Assembly (NCBI GenBank): GCA_030141605.1
Contig: JAQGDQ010000441.1
Location: forward strand, 108,197-172,196
Length of the DNA: 64,000 bases
Direction: 5' to 3'
From: Tubiluchus corallicola
Taxonomy: Eukaryota; Animalia; Priapulida
This document shows, piece after piece, positions 25,921 to 39,053 of this stretch. Position numbers and translations under genes: made by a program. The notes beneath the pieces were generated by a model. That model made no database searches. It saw only the letters and a program-made list of their open reading frames with translations, and was not told the origin of the DNA. Position 1 is the first letter of the stretch, and each line of letters starts with the position of its first letter.

Positions 25921-26651
25921 CAGTAAGTTCTCGCTTAACGACGCTAATGCATTCCAGCAAAATGCGACGTTAAGTGAAACGTTGTTAAACGAAGCCAAGA
26001 CCTCCATAGAAAGGAATGTGTAAGAATTGAGATACGTTCCAGAGGCAAAAATCAATGCTGCTTAAGTCATATAAATTAAATATTTTATGAGTTTTAGTCA
26101 TGTTCCTACTGATTAATTTCTTTCTGCTTGCGTGAAACCACCTATCTTACTTACCTAGCTGCCGGTTTCTCTTTAGTTAACGTTCAAGTCTAAACAGGAG
26201 TTAAACAATAAACACTACAGCAGAGTAAAAGCCAAGCCCTGGGCTACCTTGGAAATTTTATCTAGAAACTTAGTATGCACTAGACTAGTTCCTGTTATGA
26301 ACAGGTTGCAGGCAAAATTCCTTTGCATAAAGTTTGTTCCCAAGTTTCGCTTGATACAGACAGCTGGCATTTGGTTGTCGCTGGGAAGCAAAAACATATA
26401 TACTTGTGTAATAATTGCAGTGTTTACGATACCAGTGTGTTTTCAGAACAGAATAATGCAATACGTACTGTTTTAAGACATCAAACTGTGTAAAAAAAAG
26501 TTGTTGATAAAATAAAAGTTAGCTTTGTGCAGAGCAAAAGATCCTTGTTAAAACAAAGCAGTGCATCGTTAACTGAAAAAAAGGCGTCAAATGTTCCAAG
26601 TCATTAAAACGAAACGTCGCTAAACGGGGAGTCGTTAAGCGAGGCTTACTG
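25921..26651. mobile_element. pogo/Tigger-like non-autonomous element (SINE-free copy)
   Basis: TA|CAGTAAGTTCTCGCTTAACGAC ... GTCGTTAAGCGAGGCTTACTG. Confidence 0.8.
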
Positions 26652-26712
26652 AAATTCAGTTTGGTGATCATACAAAAGATGTATGGAAGGAGTTTACAAT
26701 TCCCCGCACAAT

Positions 26713-27492
26713 ACCCTAACCCTAATCTAACCGTAATCCTAAACCGTACCCAACCTTTACCCTAATCTAACCGTAATCCTAAACCGTACCCAACCCTAAC
26801 CCTAATCTAACCGTAATCCTAAACCGTACCCAACCCTAACCCTAATCTAACCGTAATCCTAAACCGTACCCAACCCTAACCCTAATCTAACCGTAATCCT
26901 AAACCGTACCCAACCCTAACTCTAATCTAACCGTAATCCTAAACCGTACACGACCCTAACCCTAATCTAACCGTAATCCTAAACCGTACCGACCCTAACC
27001 CTTTAACCTAATCCTAAACGTCAACCCTAACTCTAATCTAACCGTAATCCTAAACCGTACACGACCCTAACTCTAATCTAACCGTAATCCTAAACCGTAC
27101 ACGACCCTAACTCTAATCTAACCGTAATCCTAAACCGTACCCAACCCTAACCCTAATCTAACCGTAATCCTAAACCGTACCCAACCCTAACCCTAATCTA
27201 ACCATAATCCTAAACCGTACCCAACCCTAACTCTAATCTAACCGTAATCCTAAACCGTACCCAACCCTAACCCTAATCTAACCGTAATCCTAAACCGTAC
27301 CCAACCCTAACCCTAATCTAACCATAATCCTAAACCGTACCCAACCCTAACCCTAATCTAGCCGTAATCCTAAGCCGTACCAACCCTAACCCTAATCTAG
27401 CCATAATCCTAAGCCGTACCAACCCTAACCCTAATCTAGCCGTAATCCTAAGCCGTACCCAACCCTTACCCTAACTCCGACCCAAACCCTAA
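26713..27492. repeat. 40-bp minisatellite built from degenerate telomeric CCCTAA units, ~19 copies
   Basis: Unit CCCTAA CCCTAA TCTAA CCGTAA TCCTAAA CCGTA CCCAA; intronic. Confidence 0.93.
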
Positions 27493-27739
27493 TAAGAAAA
27501 TAACGCAACAAGCTCATTTCACTACTATGAACTATTGTGATATTTACCAATTACACTTATACTATTTTATTATTTAGGCTAAATTTCAAATTAAAGAATT
27601 TCTTCCACAATTTTGCACCCCAAAAATTTGATGCCCTAGATAACTGCCTAGTTTGCCTTAATGGTACAGCCAACCGTGCATAGGTATGTAATACCTTTTC
27701 AGAGGTAAGTCAAAATACTAATTAGTCATGATTTTTCAG

Positions 27740-27947
27740 AAATTTGCCAAACCTTCACATTATCCAGGACAGCTTCCAAGCAAAGTATCTTCAAACAGAC
27801 AACCGGAAATGGCTGTAAATACTTCCTCTCGTGTAGCCAGCTTCAAACAGCAGACTGCAACTAGACCAAAGTCTCTAAGTCTGTCTAGCGCTAGTTCCAT
27901 TACTGATGCCAAACACGAGAATTCTGTGTCAAAACAACCAAAGACAG
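27740..27947 (+). CDS. TBC1D5: TBC1D5 exon (low-complexity linker KFAKPSHYPG...KQPKT)
   Basis: atttttcag| ... G|gtgagt; open frame; phase 0-1 fits its neighbours. Confidence 0.82.
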
Positions 27948-28567
27948 GTGAGTATCTGATAATATGTATTAACTACAAAGATACGAGTGCGTTAAAAGTA
28001 ATGTTTAATAATGTTAAAAATCATGCAATCCAGTTGGCGTAGTTATCTAGTATGAAAACTCTCGATCCAAGGGATCAAATTGAGGTTAGCCATTTTCATT
28101 TGAAGCCATCTTTAAGTTTGATGTTAGCTTGTATTCTACTGGCTTCACTGATGGGATGAATTCGTTCACTTGCAAACGCGCTTCAGAAACTTTCTAGTGA
28201 CATCAGTTCAAGTTACTGATGTTCGTCGCATTCCTCAGTTTACGAAAAAGTAAATCGTGAATCGATTCTTTTGCGTACTTTGGAATTTACCAATTTTTGA
28301 AAACGTTTTTTCGTTTTTTCTTCATTTGTAGTTTGCTAGGAAAAGTTGGATATGAAGTTCAAGTTTGCCTTCTAAGCGAACTCTTTCATGTTTAAGTTAA
28401 GTCACCATCAATAATTGAGCTCGCCTGCCGTTAATCAAGTTTTTAATCTATTATTTAATTATCAGAAACGCTTTTGCAGTATTAATTGTGTTAAAATGTA
28501 TACTTTTTATCAGATTTGAGAACGGGGTGGTAAAGGAAAAATCATCCTGTCTTCCTTTAACTTTCAG

Positions 28568-28752
28568 GTTCAACTGCACAGTTAAGCCATCCACTACAAG
28601 ACGTACAAGGTGTTGAGATCAGTCCAAACGTTTTGACTGAACCGATTGATAATCCATCTTTCACTGCTAAACCACAAGGAAAATCTAAGAAACCTGTTGT
28701 TCCGCCAAAAGTACATCCAACTTCACCAGCTAGAGTCACGGGCATTTCACGA
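28568..28752 (+). CDS. TBC1D5: TBC1D5 exon (STAQLSHPLQD...ARVTGISR)
   Basis: ctttcag|GT ... CGA|gtatgt; phase 1-0. Confidence 0.8.
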
Positions 28753-28922
28753 GTATGTTACATTAATAGTTTTTGACGCTTAAAAGGGGAAGAAAAGGGA
28801 GTTTTAAAGTAGATCCCTGAGAACTTCCCATACAAAGTTATATTTCTTAGCATTGGACTTACCTGTAATTGGAAAAGAAATTTCTCAGTAATTGAAAACA
28901 TTTGTGCCGCCTGGTAAAACGG

Positions 28923-29564
28923 CACTGCATCGCCATTCCAGTGTGCACCACTGATTCACCAACAGCACTGTGTCGCCATCCCAGTGTGCACCACTGATTC
29001 ACCAACAGCACTGTGTCGCCATCCCAGTGTGTACCACTGATTCACCAACAGCACCGCACCGCCATCGCAGTGTGCACCACTGATTCACCAACAGCACTGT
29101 GTCGCCATCCCAGTGTGCACCACTGATTCACCAACAGCACTGTGTCGCCATCCCAGTGTGCACCACTGATTCACCAACAGCACTGCATCGCCATCCCAGT
29201 GTGCACCACTGATTCACCAACAGCACTGTGTCGCCATCCCAGTGTGCACCACTGATTCACCAACAGCACTGTGTCGCCATCCCAGTGTGCACCACTGATT
29301 CACCAACAGCACTGCGTCGCCATCCCAGTGTGCACCACTGATTCACCAACAGCACTGCGTCGCCATCCCAGTGTGCACCACTGATTCACCAACAGCACTG
29401 CGTCGCCATCCCAGTGTGCACCACTGATTCACCAACAGCACTGCATCGCCATCCCAGTGTGCACCACTGATTCACCAACAGCACTGCGTCGCCATCCCAG
29501 TGTGCACCACTGATTCACCAACAGCACTGCGTTGCCATCCCAGTGTGCACCACTGATTCACCAA
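28923..29564. repeat. 43-bp minisatellite, ~15 copies
   Basis: Unit CACTGTGTCGCCATCCCAGTGTGCACCACTGATTCACCAACAG; no spacers. Confidence 0.96.
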
Positions 29565-30034
29565 AAAACACGTTATTGCTCTTACCGACAATATACATTA
29601 ATGTGAAATTTTGCCTAGTTTGTGACGTGTGCGCTACAAATGCTCTGATTGTATTTCCAAACATTACACAATGTTATCAAAATTTGTTTAAAATGCCTCA
29701 CCGTTAAAATTGCTGCGCTTAACGATCATCGCAGGAGTTCAAATTACAAGCTCTTTACCTAGTAAGACACCACAAGTGAGTTAAAATAGCGAGACAAATT
29801 TTTTAATCTTTATTTATGAAGATCGATTCCCTGTGCTTTAACTTTGATGGTATATATCAGTGTTTCAAACCTTTTGTTGACGGCGACCCCTTTCAAGAAC
29901 TCTTCATCATATCGCGGCCACACGAAGAACATAATCACATGTTATACTATTACACATCATTATCATTTGCATTTATTAATTTTAACTTACTAATCAACAA
30001 ATTATTGAACAATGAGTGATTAATATTTTATTAG

Positions 30035-30166
30035 ATTAATCCTATGATCAACTTAAGGCGGGATAAAACTTCGTCGAGTAACGATGCTGCGAAGTCAGAC
30101 GTGCCCAAAGCAGGAAAAGATTCATTCTTCAAGAAGAATTTTTTACAGAGATCTATATCGAAGGAA
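30035..30166 (+). CDS. TBC1D5: TBC1D5 exon (INPMINLRRDK...GKDSFFKKNFLQRSISKE)
   Basis: ttttattag| 132 nt open |gtaagt, phase 0-0; KDSFF motif recalled from vertebrate TBC1D5 just before the coiled coil. Confidence 0.8.
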
Positions 30167-32537
30167 GTAAGTTAATTTAACTTTTTAATTGTGTTAAGAT
30201 TATTAATTGAGAAAGACATTTAATTCTAGCATTTCTGCAGGATGTATTTACTAACTAATATCTTCCTATGTTGTCCTAATCTCCAACGCTCTTCTTTTTC
30301 GTGTTTTATCTCTTCTGCCACACGTTCCTTTTTCTCCTTCTCTTTCTTTTGTTTTTCCTGCTAGTTTTTTTCCCTTCTTTTTCTTCTTACTATCTTCATG
30401 TTGCTGCCTAACATTATTGTAGCTTAAATTATTATTTACGAGAACAATGACCCAATCATGTCATTCTACTGCTAAACTACTTTCCTCATTTCTCATACAC
30501 ACAATACATATTACTCACGTTGTTAAATTTTTCCAGAGAAATTGTTAGTAAACAGCTTTCATAAACGGCTGTAATCTTCATAATCCTTTAACACCCCCCT
30601 CCCCGCTCCCGACCTGTTAGTGTCTCTGAGAGGCATTTATGACAACTTCAAAAGTCTCAGTTGAATTTTCATATAAACCACTGATCTTTATTTCTGCAAT
30701 GTTTAAAAATTGAAATAGAAAGGCAAAGGTGACTGACATTGGCTAATTTAGATAGATTGTTACATAGTTTAGTCCATTCATAAATATTAGTGAATAAATA
30801 AAAATTATTAGAAGTAAACTTACATCGTTGCGGCATATATCTAATGAAAAACAATTTCGCTAGCTTGTACAAGACACATGTTTACTCATACAACAGAACA
30901 GCATAAATGAAAAACGTGACTAGGTCAATGCCCACACTTTAAACTTTCTAGCTAGATGGAGCCACCTTGGCTACAAAATTAAAATTTATTAAGTCAGGTT
31001 CACACTGGCCTCAATACGACCTCTTGGACTCCACACACCCCTAATTTTTTTTCACGACCTCCCCAATCAAGCTCAGTAAATGAGAGTTCAATCAGATGGC
31101 TGTTGTTGCATAGCAGAAACTAACTTTCTGAATAGCTGTTCAGTTTTCGACAGACTGACTCTCATGTCTCCACAGATGTCAAGGCGGTTTCGCGCTTTTG
31201 TCTTGATTGTCACCATCGTTGAAAAGCCTGCTTCACACCGGAAAACCTTCACTAGGAGCTTTACAGTGGACAGTGGTCAACACCTCGAATTGTTGGCACA
31301 GTCGACACAGATGTCTGATTATTATATAACACTATTTTTTAAAATTATCTAAGAGGCTTCTCAGGTACCCCTTGTGGTGTTCCCTGGTACCCCCAAGGGT
31401 CACTAGTACCCCACATTGGGAACTGAGATTTTAACATATTTTTGAAGATGAGCATTTTTAAAGTTTATCTGGTTTTACATTTATCTTCAATTCTATGTAC
31501 AGGGTGGTACATAATTTTTGCTGGGGGGTACAAGAACAGTAAGTAACATGAAACTATTAATGAAACAATGAAGCATCACAGGTTTATTGTAAAAGCCCCA
31601 CACATCTCACACACCATGAAATCTTGGGGGTGGAATAACAGCTGTGACCTGAAATCTCTTGGATTATTATTTTTTAATTGAGTGGCCTAGATATCAGTGG
31701 CAATAAATGCCCTGGTGAACCATTTTAACAAGTTCCTTAAATTTGGTTGACTTGATAGATACAAACCAGTTGGAATTCAACTCCGTTCACTGAGTGAAAG
31801 GCGATATTTCAATGATTAATCGTATAATGAACCGTTTATTATCTCGGAACGATTAGTCTTTGCGTCTTTGTAATTTCTGTAAGGTTTGCTGACAGTTAAA
31901 CACCAGTAAAAGCATCAAGCAACACTAGAATGACACTGAAAATGGTGATTTCGTTACTGATCATCAGATCTCAATGACATTTCTTCATGAAGTGACAAAA
32001 GAGCAGTAAAAACGTGGCTGGCTGGCGTGGTAACTACCAACCAACCGAAAAATTTGACGAAATTCCGAACTCTCAGTGCGACTTCACAAAAAGCTATCAC
32101 AGTTCGATGCTTGGAGGAAAACCAAGTCATAGAACATCGATGGTAAATCAGCTTCACTTGATGTTATACTAAAAATTCACCGTCGCTCAACCTCACCAAA
32201 CACATTAGAGGTATCTTGAAGGACAGACTGACCTGTAAGATGGTAAAATAATCACACCATTGATCAGTATTCAACAAGTAAATACTAAAGATGTGTGAGG
32301 GATCTTGAATTCTTCAACTTACGGTTTTTATATCATGTCCCTCAAGACTGCAGACTGTGCAAGACGTATGGGCCTTCCACATTAAATTTTGCGTGCGGGT
32401 ATGATAGATGCGCAATTGTTTCAGCAATACTTTGTTATAATAAATCTTTCTGTAATTATTTCTCGTCCTTAGTGAAAAGTTATGTACCACCCTGTAGGTC
32501 TGCAGAAATTTCATCTTCATTAACTAACTTATTTCAG

Positions 32538-32640
32538 GCCGTTGAAGAATGGGGAAGAGACATGGCGGTGTTACAGAGTCGTCTTACAAACTTGGAATCT
32601 TTGTGCACTTACTGCTCTTCAAGTATGGATGCTCACTTAG
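32538..32640 (+). CDS. TBC1D5: TBC1D5 exon (AVEEWGRDMAVLQSRLTNLESLCTYCSSSMDAHL)
   Basis: atttcag| ... G|gtacga; coiled coil with the CxYC...MD.HL motif. Confidence 0.9.
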
Positions 32641-33656
32641 GTACGAAATTCACACTTGTTTGTAAAGCTATTTTTCCAGGTTGATAATTCTGTAAATTAG
32701 GAAAAATGTTGTTAGGATTGACAGGATTGTCTACCCATGTGTTAAACATCCTGCTAATGTTTTTCTTTTACTAATAGGTATCTTTACTACCTTTGTTAGT
32801 TTATTAATAAAAGGTATAAATCAATTAAAATGAAAATATTCATTCATCGCAGCCGATATCTGTATCCGTTTCCACTTGGAAAATGCTCTTAGCTTATAAC
32901 CAGCAAATACCAGTAATACAAAAAATTTTGAATATATTATTGTAACATTAATTTTGCGAAATAATCACTAATATTCTCATAATTTGTACCCCATCCCTCA
33001 CCATAGCCCATTTATTACATCATTTACTTCATCCTTAATTACATTAAGTTATCTACAGAAGCATGCATAATTATAATCATTTTTTCATTTAAGTAAGGTG
33101 AGTGTGTTAATGACCATATGGTCGTACACTCATTTTATTTAAAGTTTATTATTGTGTATGATATTGTACTTTTGTGTTTGAAATTCATAGTGCTATTGAA
33201 CGGGATCGTTCCCCACATGCCTTTTTCCCGTGCCCCGTAGTGTCCAGGATATGTCCCTCAAGAATTGGGCTCATAAGTTATACCAATGTCCATTTACGAA
33301 GAAATCAACAGCAATAGGGATCGCTGTCTTCTATAACGAAGGGCAACCTTAAATATGTAAATAAACTTGCTGCGTTTATGCAAAGGAGCATTAATTGTCC
33401 CTGCTGGCGAAGGGCAGACGTAGTACAGATTTAAACAGGTTCTTGGTGGTGCAGAATTTCAATAATGCTACGATCATCAAAAACTGTCGCGCTTGTAGCT
33501 AATCTTGATTTTAGCTCTCTAGCAAAGAACATATTTAAGTAAAAAACAGCAGTAGACAAATGTTTTTAATTTTTGAGTTCACTTTGCATGGTGAACGTCC
33601 ATGACTGCATTCGGTTCTTCTGCATTTAGAATGTCGTTCGCTCATCTGTGTTGCAG

Positions 33657-33713
33657 AGGATTCAGAACCTGGAACCGGTTACGAATCTGTCCCAAATTTG
33701 GTGCCTTTGCACA
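33657..33713 (+). CDS. TBC1D5: Candidate 57-nt in-frame cassette exon of TBC1D5 (EDSEPGTGYESVPNLVPLH)
   Basis: gttgcag|AG ... CA|gtaatt; phase 1-1, stop-free; TGCATG and TGCAT motifs upstream. It is not required to keep the frame. Confidence 0.35.
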
Positions 33714-34913
33714 GTAATTCAAATGTGGACCTAGCTGAGGTCTTCTATTTTAAATGTCTTATGAGAAATCATAGGAGATTTTATATACAAAATAGTCATA
33801 CGTTTGTTTGAAATATTTTAACGTGAAATATGAATCTGCTTTAAATAATACTAAGACAATGATGGTAATGTTTCAGCATTACTGCACAGTGCACTGGTAT
33901 ATTAAGTCATACAGTAACTAAATTGAAAGACACAAGACCTTTCAACAGAGCTCTTCGGTGTCTTCTTCTGCAATTATATCAAAATATTAGGTAAACGCAC
34001 AAAACTAAAATTGTTGCTGAAAGCTGTCATTAAATAAAATTACATGTATTTTGATTAAAAGATCATAATTTCTTACTTAAGTTAGGCGAAATTTTGGGTT
34101 ATCTATTTGATTGAATGGACCATAATTTTTTACTTAAGTTAGGCGAAATTTTGGGTTATATATTTTGAGTTAAGAAATGCTTTTTTGTGCCAAAAAACCG
34201 AACGATTTCATCCGTTCTGCTGAAATTCTTTGAGTTAGGTGAAAATTTAAGTTACCCCTAGTTTACCGTGCTATATTCTGTGTTACTGGCAAATGAATGC
34301 GGGTATTATAAGTGGTAAATTCTTAAGGGTTAATGAACAAGTACCATGGACAGTTTAGCATCTTTATGAAGTACCCAAAGTACCCGAGAAGTTCAAAAAT
34401 TGAAAAAGATCATTTTCCCAGAATGTCGTTGTTTACTGTAATACATGTTAATATATATATAATAATCTTTATTTGCCATTAAAATACATTAATAATCACT
34501 GATAAAAACTTTACAGAGATGATCAATCAGTGTTAGTTAATAAAAACTTACACAAATGCGTCAGTGCAATCTAAACTACTGTGCAGTAATGGAAAGTAAC
34601 GACGAATAAAATCAAACGTTTTACAACTATGCACAAAAAAATTAAAAAAATTTTGATTTAATTAATATGGCCATGTGAATTAGCGTGTCTGTAGTCGTGC
34701 TGATGTGATAGTATTTCATATCTGGTTAATATTAGTGATTTTTATTTCGTTTTAAATGCTGATAGGGACTTGACTAGTTTAACCTGTAATGGTAGAGAAC
34801 CACAGTAGAATTCCTTGCTTGATTACAGAGTTCGTTCCATATGAGCTAATGAGTACAGTGAAAATGTTTAGAAATTTGAATAATGTATTAGAAATTTATT
34901 GTTTTTACTTTAG

Positions 34914-34993
34914 ATAATTTACAGAAACAGTTACAACAAATGGATCTTAACTTAGATGATGACATGTATGTAACACTGGCAGGACTGAAGAAG
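34914..34993 (+). CDS. TBC1D5: TBC1D5 exon (DNLQKQLQQMDLNLDDDMYVTLAGLKK)
   Basis: ctttag|AT ... AAG|gtatgt; LAGLK motif. Confidence 0.9.
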
Positions 34994-36231
34994 GTATGTA
35001 TCACCATGGAAACTGAAAGGAAAACCGGATGATTGTTTAGACTCAATCTCATTTTAACTTACTATCCAAAACATACATTTTCTTGCTTATAAAAGTTTGC
35101 AATTGTTTCTTATATTTGAACAATTAGCTTAGCTAGTTAATAACGGCAACCGAACACAGCTATCGCTTATGTGAGAAAATAACTACAGTTTGTGCAATGG
35201 CAGGCATCTTCCCTTGCACGTAAGTTCTACACTACTGCTTAAAAGCGCGATGTCACGAAAATGGGTTCTGTGTCATATGACGTCAGAAACTAACACTGCA
35301 ATTCATGATCATGGTTATTACCGCCTTCTATTTATCGGCCACGCGAATGTGACAAAAAGGCGCCATTGCCAATCTTAATAGATGCACTGAGCCGCGTGCA
35401 GCTTTGAAAGTTTAACGAAATTTGAGTATCCGAGGTAATTATTATTTAAGCTGTGCTTTGATTTAAAAAAGATGTTTTGTAGTTTTCAATATTTTAGAGC
35501 ATTCTTTATTCTGAAGTAATGTTTACACAATCGTCCGGTTTTTCTTTGAAGTTTGATGCATTTTTATCAGATACATAATATGCGTAGAGGAAAAAAAAAA
35601 CTTTTTTGAGTAAAGCATATAAGTTATGCCACAGTAGGGTGTGTTTGTGAAAGCAAAAATTGAAGTAGAATGCTACTGTACAACTTTCAGTGTGGTATAA
35701 AAACTCAGCAAATTTATGTTTCAAATTTAAATTTCAAGTTTTCTGCTAAAAACAAGCCTATAGAGGTTACAGTAAAAAGATGCCATATAGCACATAAACA
35801 GTGCAAACTAAGGGTGAGGTTGTGATTGTATGGATAAGGCACCCTAGCTTCCTGTGACTGTTATGGGTTCAATATGAATATAGTATGCTCAGGTAGTGTT
35901 ATCCACAAGACTTGGCTGTTTACCTAATAAAAAGATACTGCATAATTCATAGCCAACTGTGGCTGAAACACATCCACTTAAATCAGCGGTTTATTTATAA
36001 TGCTTAGAATCCTGACTCAGTCTCGGGTCATGCCACAGTAGGGCCTGCTTCTCAGCAATTTCCAGCATGCACTGTGCCGCGGTGTAACAGCAAAAAAAGT
36101 AACTATCAATATATCTAGGTGATAAATGGCAAAATGTGTCTAACAGAGAAGAACTGGCCACGAACGTTTTTGTGGTAACAATTCTTAGTTATTCTTAAAA
36201 AAGCAGTAAGTTTCCTTTCAAAATCTAATTT

Positions 36232-36233
<2 letters not shown>

Positions 36234-36267
<34 letters not shown>

Positions 36268-36512
36268 CTTTATTTAAAGTCGGCTTTTGGGTCAGCAATT
36301 AACATTAGCTCAAAGAGCTATTATCGCCGAGTGTAAATAACAACCTGCAACTACATAACAGAGACTATTATTACCCTACTTTTACCCTCGGTACCACGCG
36401 TCAGGCAGGGCAACAGCAGGTACCATTTTTAAAGTCTTTGGTATGACCCGGCCGCTGGTTCGAACTCCCAGACGGAAAGCAGACGCATTACCACTAGACT
36501 AAAGAGTCTGGT
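36234..36512 (-). mobile_element. tRNA-headed SINE copy (Meta-SINE-like)
   Basis: Reverse complement of 13285-13656, with a (TAA)n tail. Confidence 0.8.
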
Positions 36513-37028
36513 AACTGTTTTCATTGTTAGATTGTTTTAAACTATAGTTTAAGATTAGGTCCAGTTTTCGTTTACCTTCTGCTTAATTTACCCAGAATGT
36601 GACAGTTGTTAATTTTCCTTGCTGATTGAAAGTCAGCACGAGTGCAAAAGACTTGTGTTCAGTTCTTTGTTGAGGAACAAACTTTCTAAGACCTTCTAAT
36701 TTACTTCAATGCAAACAGTTATAAAAATTGCAACAAGATATTCATTCATTTAAAAAATTAAGTTTCGTTGGTGAGCTCAGGGTCAAAAATGTAAGGCAAA
36801 GTCGACATAATCAAATTACCGTATTTCTTCAAGCAAAAATATTTATTATTTAACCTCTGCAGTTGAATATTAAGCTTTAAAGAATAACATATACTAAGAG
36901 ATTTTGTTATACACCTGGGGGGGGAGTAAATGCCATGCAAACAGAGTAATTGCTAGTCTCCTGCAAAAAAGTGACGCCACAAAGATCCACTGTGTTGTAA
37001 TCCAGTTTCACTTTAGAATGAGACCAAA

Positions 37029-38460
37029 CACTCTCTGGTCTGCTGTATGGCAAACAATGGGTGCCACAGCACTCTCTGGTCTGTTGTATGGCAAACATTG
37101 GGTGCCACAGCACTCTCTGGTCTGCTGTATGGCAAACATTGGGTGCCACAGCACTCTCTGGTCTGCTGTATGGCAAACAATGGGTGCCACAGCACTCTCT
37201 GGTCTGCTGTATGGCAAACATTGGGTGCCACAGCACTCTCTGGTCTGTTGTATGGCAAACATTGGGTGCCACAGCACTCTCTGGTCTGCTGTATGGCAAA
37301 CAATGGGTGCCACAGCAGTCTCTGGTCTGCTGTATGGCAAACATTGGGTGCCACAGCACTCTCTGGTCTGCTGTATGGCAAACAATGGGTGCCACAGCAC
37401 TCTCTGGTCTGCTGTATGGCAAACAATGGGTGCCACACCACTCTCTGGTCTGCTGTATGGCAAACAATGGGTGCCACAGCACTCTCTGGTCTGCTGTATG
37501 GCAAACAATGGGTGCCACAGCACTCTCTGGTCTGCTGTATGGCAAACAATGGGTGCCACAGCACTCTCTGGTCTGCTGTATGGCAAACAATGGGTGCCAC
37601 AGCACTCTCTGGTCTGCTGTATGGCAAACAATGGGTGCCACAGCACTCTCTGGTCTGCTGTATGGCAAACATTGGGTGCCACAGCACTCTCTGGTCTGCT
37701 GTATGGCAAACATTGGGTGCCACAGCACTCTCTGGTCTGCTGCATGGCAAACATTGGGTGCCACAGCACTCTCTGATCTGTTGTATGGCAAACAATGGGT
37801 GCCACAGCACTCTCTGGTCTGCTGTATGGCAAACATTGGGTGCCACAGCACTCTCTGGTCTGCTGTATGGCAAACAATGGATGCCACAGCACTCTCTGGT
37901 CTGCTGTATGGCAAACAATGGGTGCCACAGCACTCTCTGGTCTGCTGTATGGCAAACAATGGATGCCACAGCACTCTCTGGCCTGCTGTATGGCAAACAA
38001 TGGGTGCCACAGCACTCTCTGGCCTGCTGTATGGCAAACAATGGGTGCCACAGCACTCTCTGATCTGCTGTATGGCAAACATTGGGTGCCACAGCACTCT
38101 CTGGTCTGCTGCATGGCAAACAATGGGTGCCACAGCACTCTCTGGTCTGCTGTATGGCAAACAATGGGTGCCACAGCACTCTCTGGTCTGCTGTATGGCA
38201 AACATTGGGTGCCACAGCACTCTCTGGTCTGCTGTATGGCAAACAATGGGTGCCACAGCACTCTCTGGTCTGCTGTATGGCAAACAATGGGTGCCACAGC
38301 ACTCTCTCGTCTGCTGTATGGCAAACATTGGGTGCCACAGCATTCTCTGGTCTGCTGTATGGCAAACAATGGGTGCCACAGCACTCTCTGGCCTGCTGTA
38401 TGGCAAACAATGGGTGCCACAGCACTCTCTGGTCTGCTGTATGGCAAACAATGGGTGCCA
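37029..38460. repeat. 41-bp minisatellite, ~35 copies
   Basis: Unit CACTCTCTGGTCTGCTGTATGGCAAACAATGGGTGCCACAG; almost stop-free in all six frames, which explains the long ORFs. Confidence 0.97.
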
Positions 38461-38645
38461 TATTGTGTAATAGAAAAATTGCATTCGTTTTTTAAGCAAA
38501 AACAACCTTTGAATGACACAAGTATTGTTCAATGTGCAGGCTAGCAATCTCTCCGTGTGCATGTGTGACATTTAAAACTGTGTTATCCACAAACTTTGAT
38601 GCAATCGCCCCGACTCTGAGTCTGCATCTTCTAATTACCTTGTAG

Positions 38646-39053
38646 GTTCGTGATTTGCTAAAAGGCACATTGAAGTTCACACATTCCATGTCTGAGCCAT
38701 CCGCAGAAGAAATGATCACACTTGATGTACACGGGGACCAACCCGATCGCAGTAAACTAGGCGTGCGAGAAGCTGACCATTCAGGTTTGGCAAATGACCC
38801 ACTTTGTGATAAAAATGCTGACCACGAGAAACTGACGTCTAGTCTGAGCGTACGGTCAAGTAAGTCGTGTTCTAGTAATGCCGTTTCAGAGTTGACTAAG
38901 ATGCCTGGCTTGGCCGAATCGCATTCTACCACTAATAGTTCGGCTTGTAGAAATGTCTCTCATTCCGGATCTGATTTAAACTCGCAAAAGTTGACGTCCG
39001 CTGGCAATGATGCGAGCATTTTTTCCACTGGAACAAATGAATTCTTTCACTAA
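38646..39053 (+). CDS. TBC1D5: TBC1D5 terminal coding exon (VRDLLKGTLKF...GTNEFFH*)
   Basis: ttgtag|GTT; ends TAA at 39051-39053. Confidence 0.9.
   Translation, partial: VRDLLKGTLKFTHSMSEPSAEEMITLDVHGDQPDRSKLGVREADHSGLANDPLCDKNADHEKLTSSLSVRSSKSCSSNAVSELTKMPGLAESHSTTNSSACRNVSHSGSDLNSQKLTSAGNDASIFSTGTNEFFH

Noticed and set aside
26713-27492. True chromosome telomere
   Set aside because: The repeat is degenerate, internal, and flanked on both sides by exons of one gene.
28923-29564. CRISPR-like appearance of the 41-49-bp arrays (also 2134-3322, 37029-38460)
   Set aside because: Units are head-to-tail without unique spacers, there are no cas genes, and the context is eukaryotic introns.
36904-38571. 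250-550-aa Cys/His-rich ORFs
   Set aside because: They are translations of the intronic 41-bp minisatellite.
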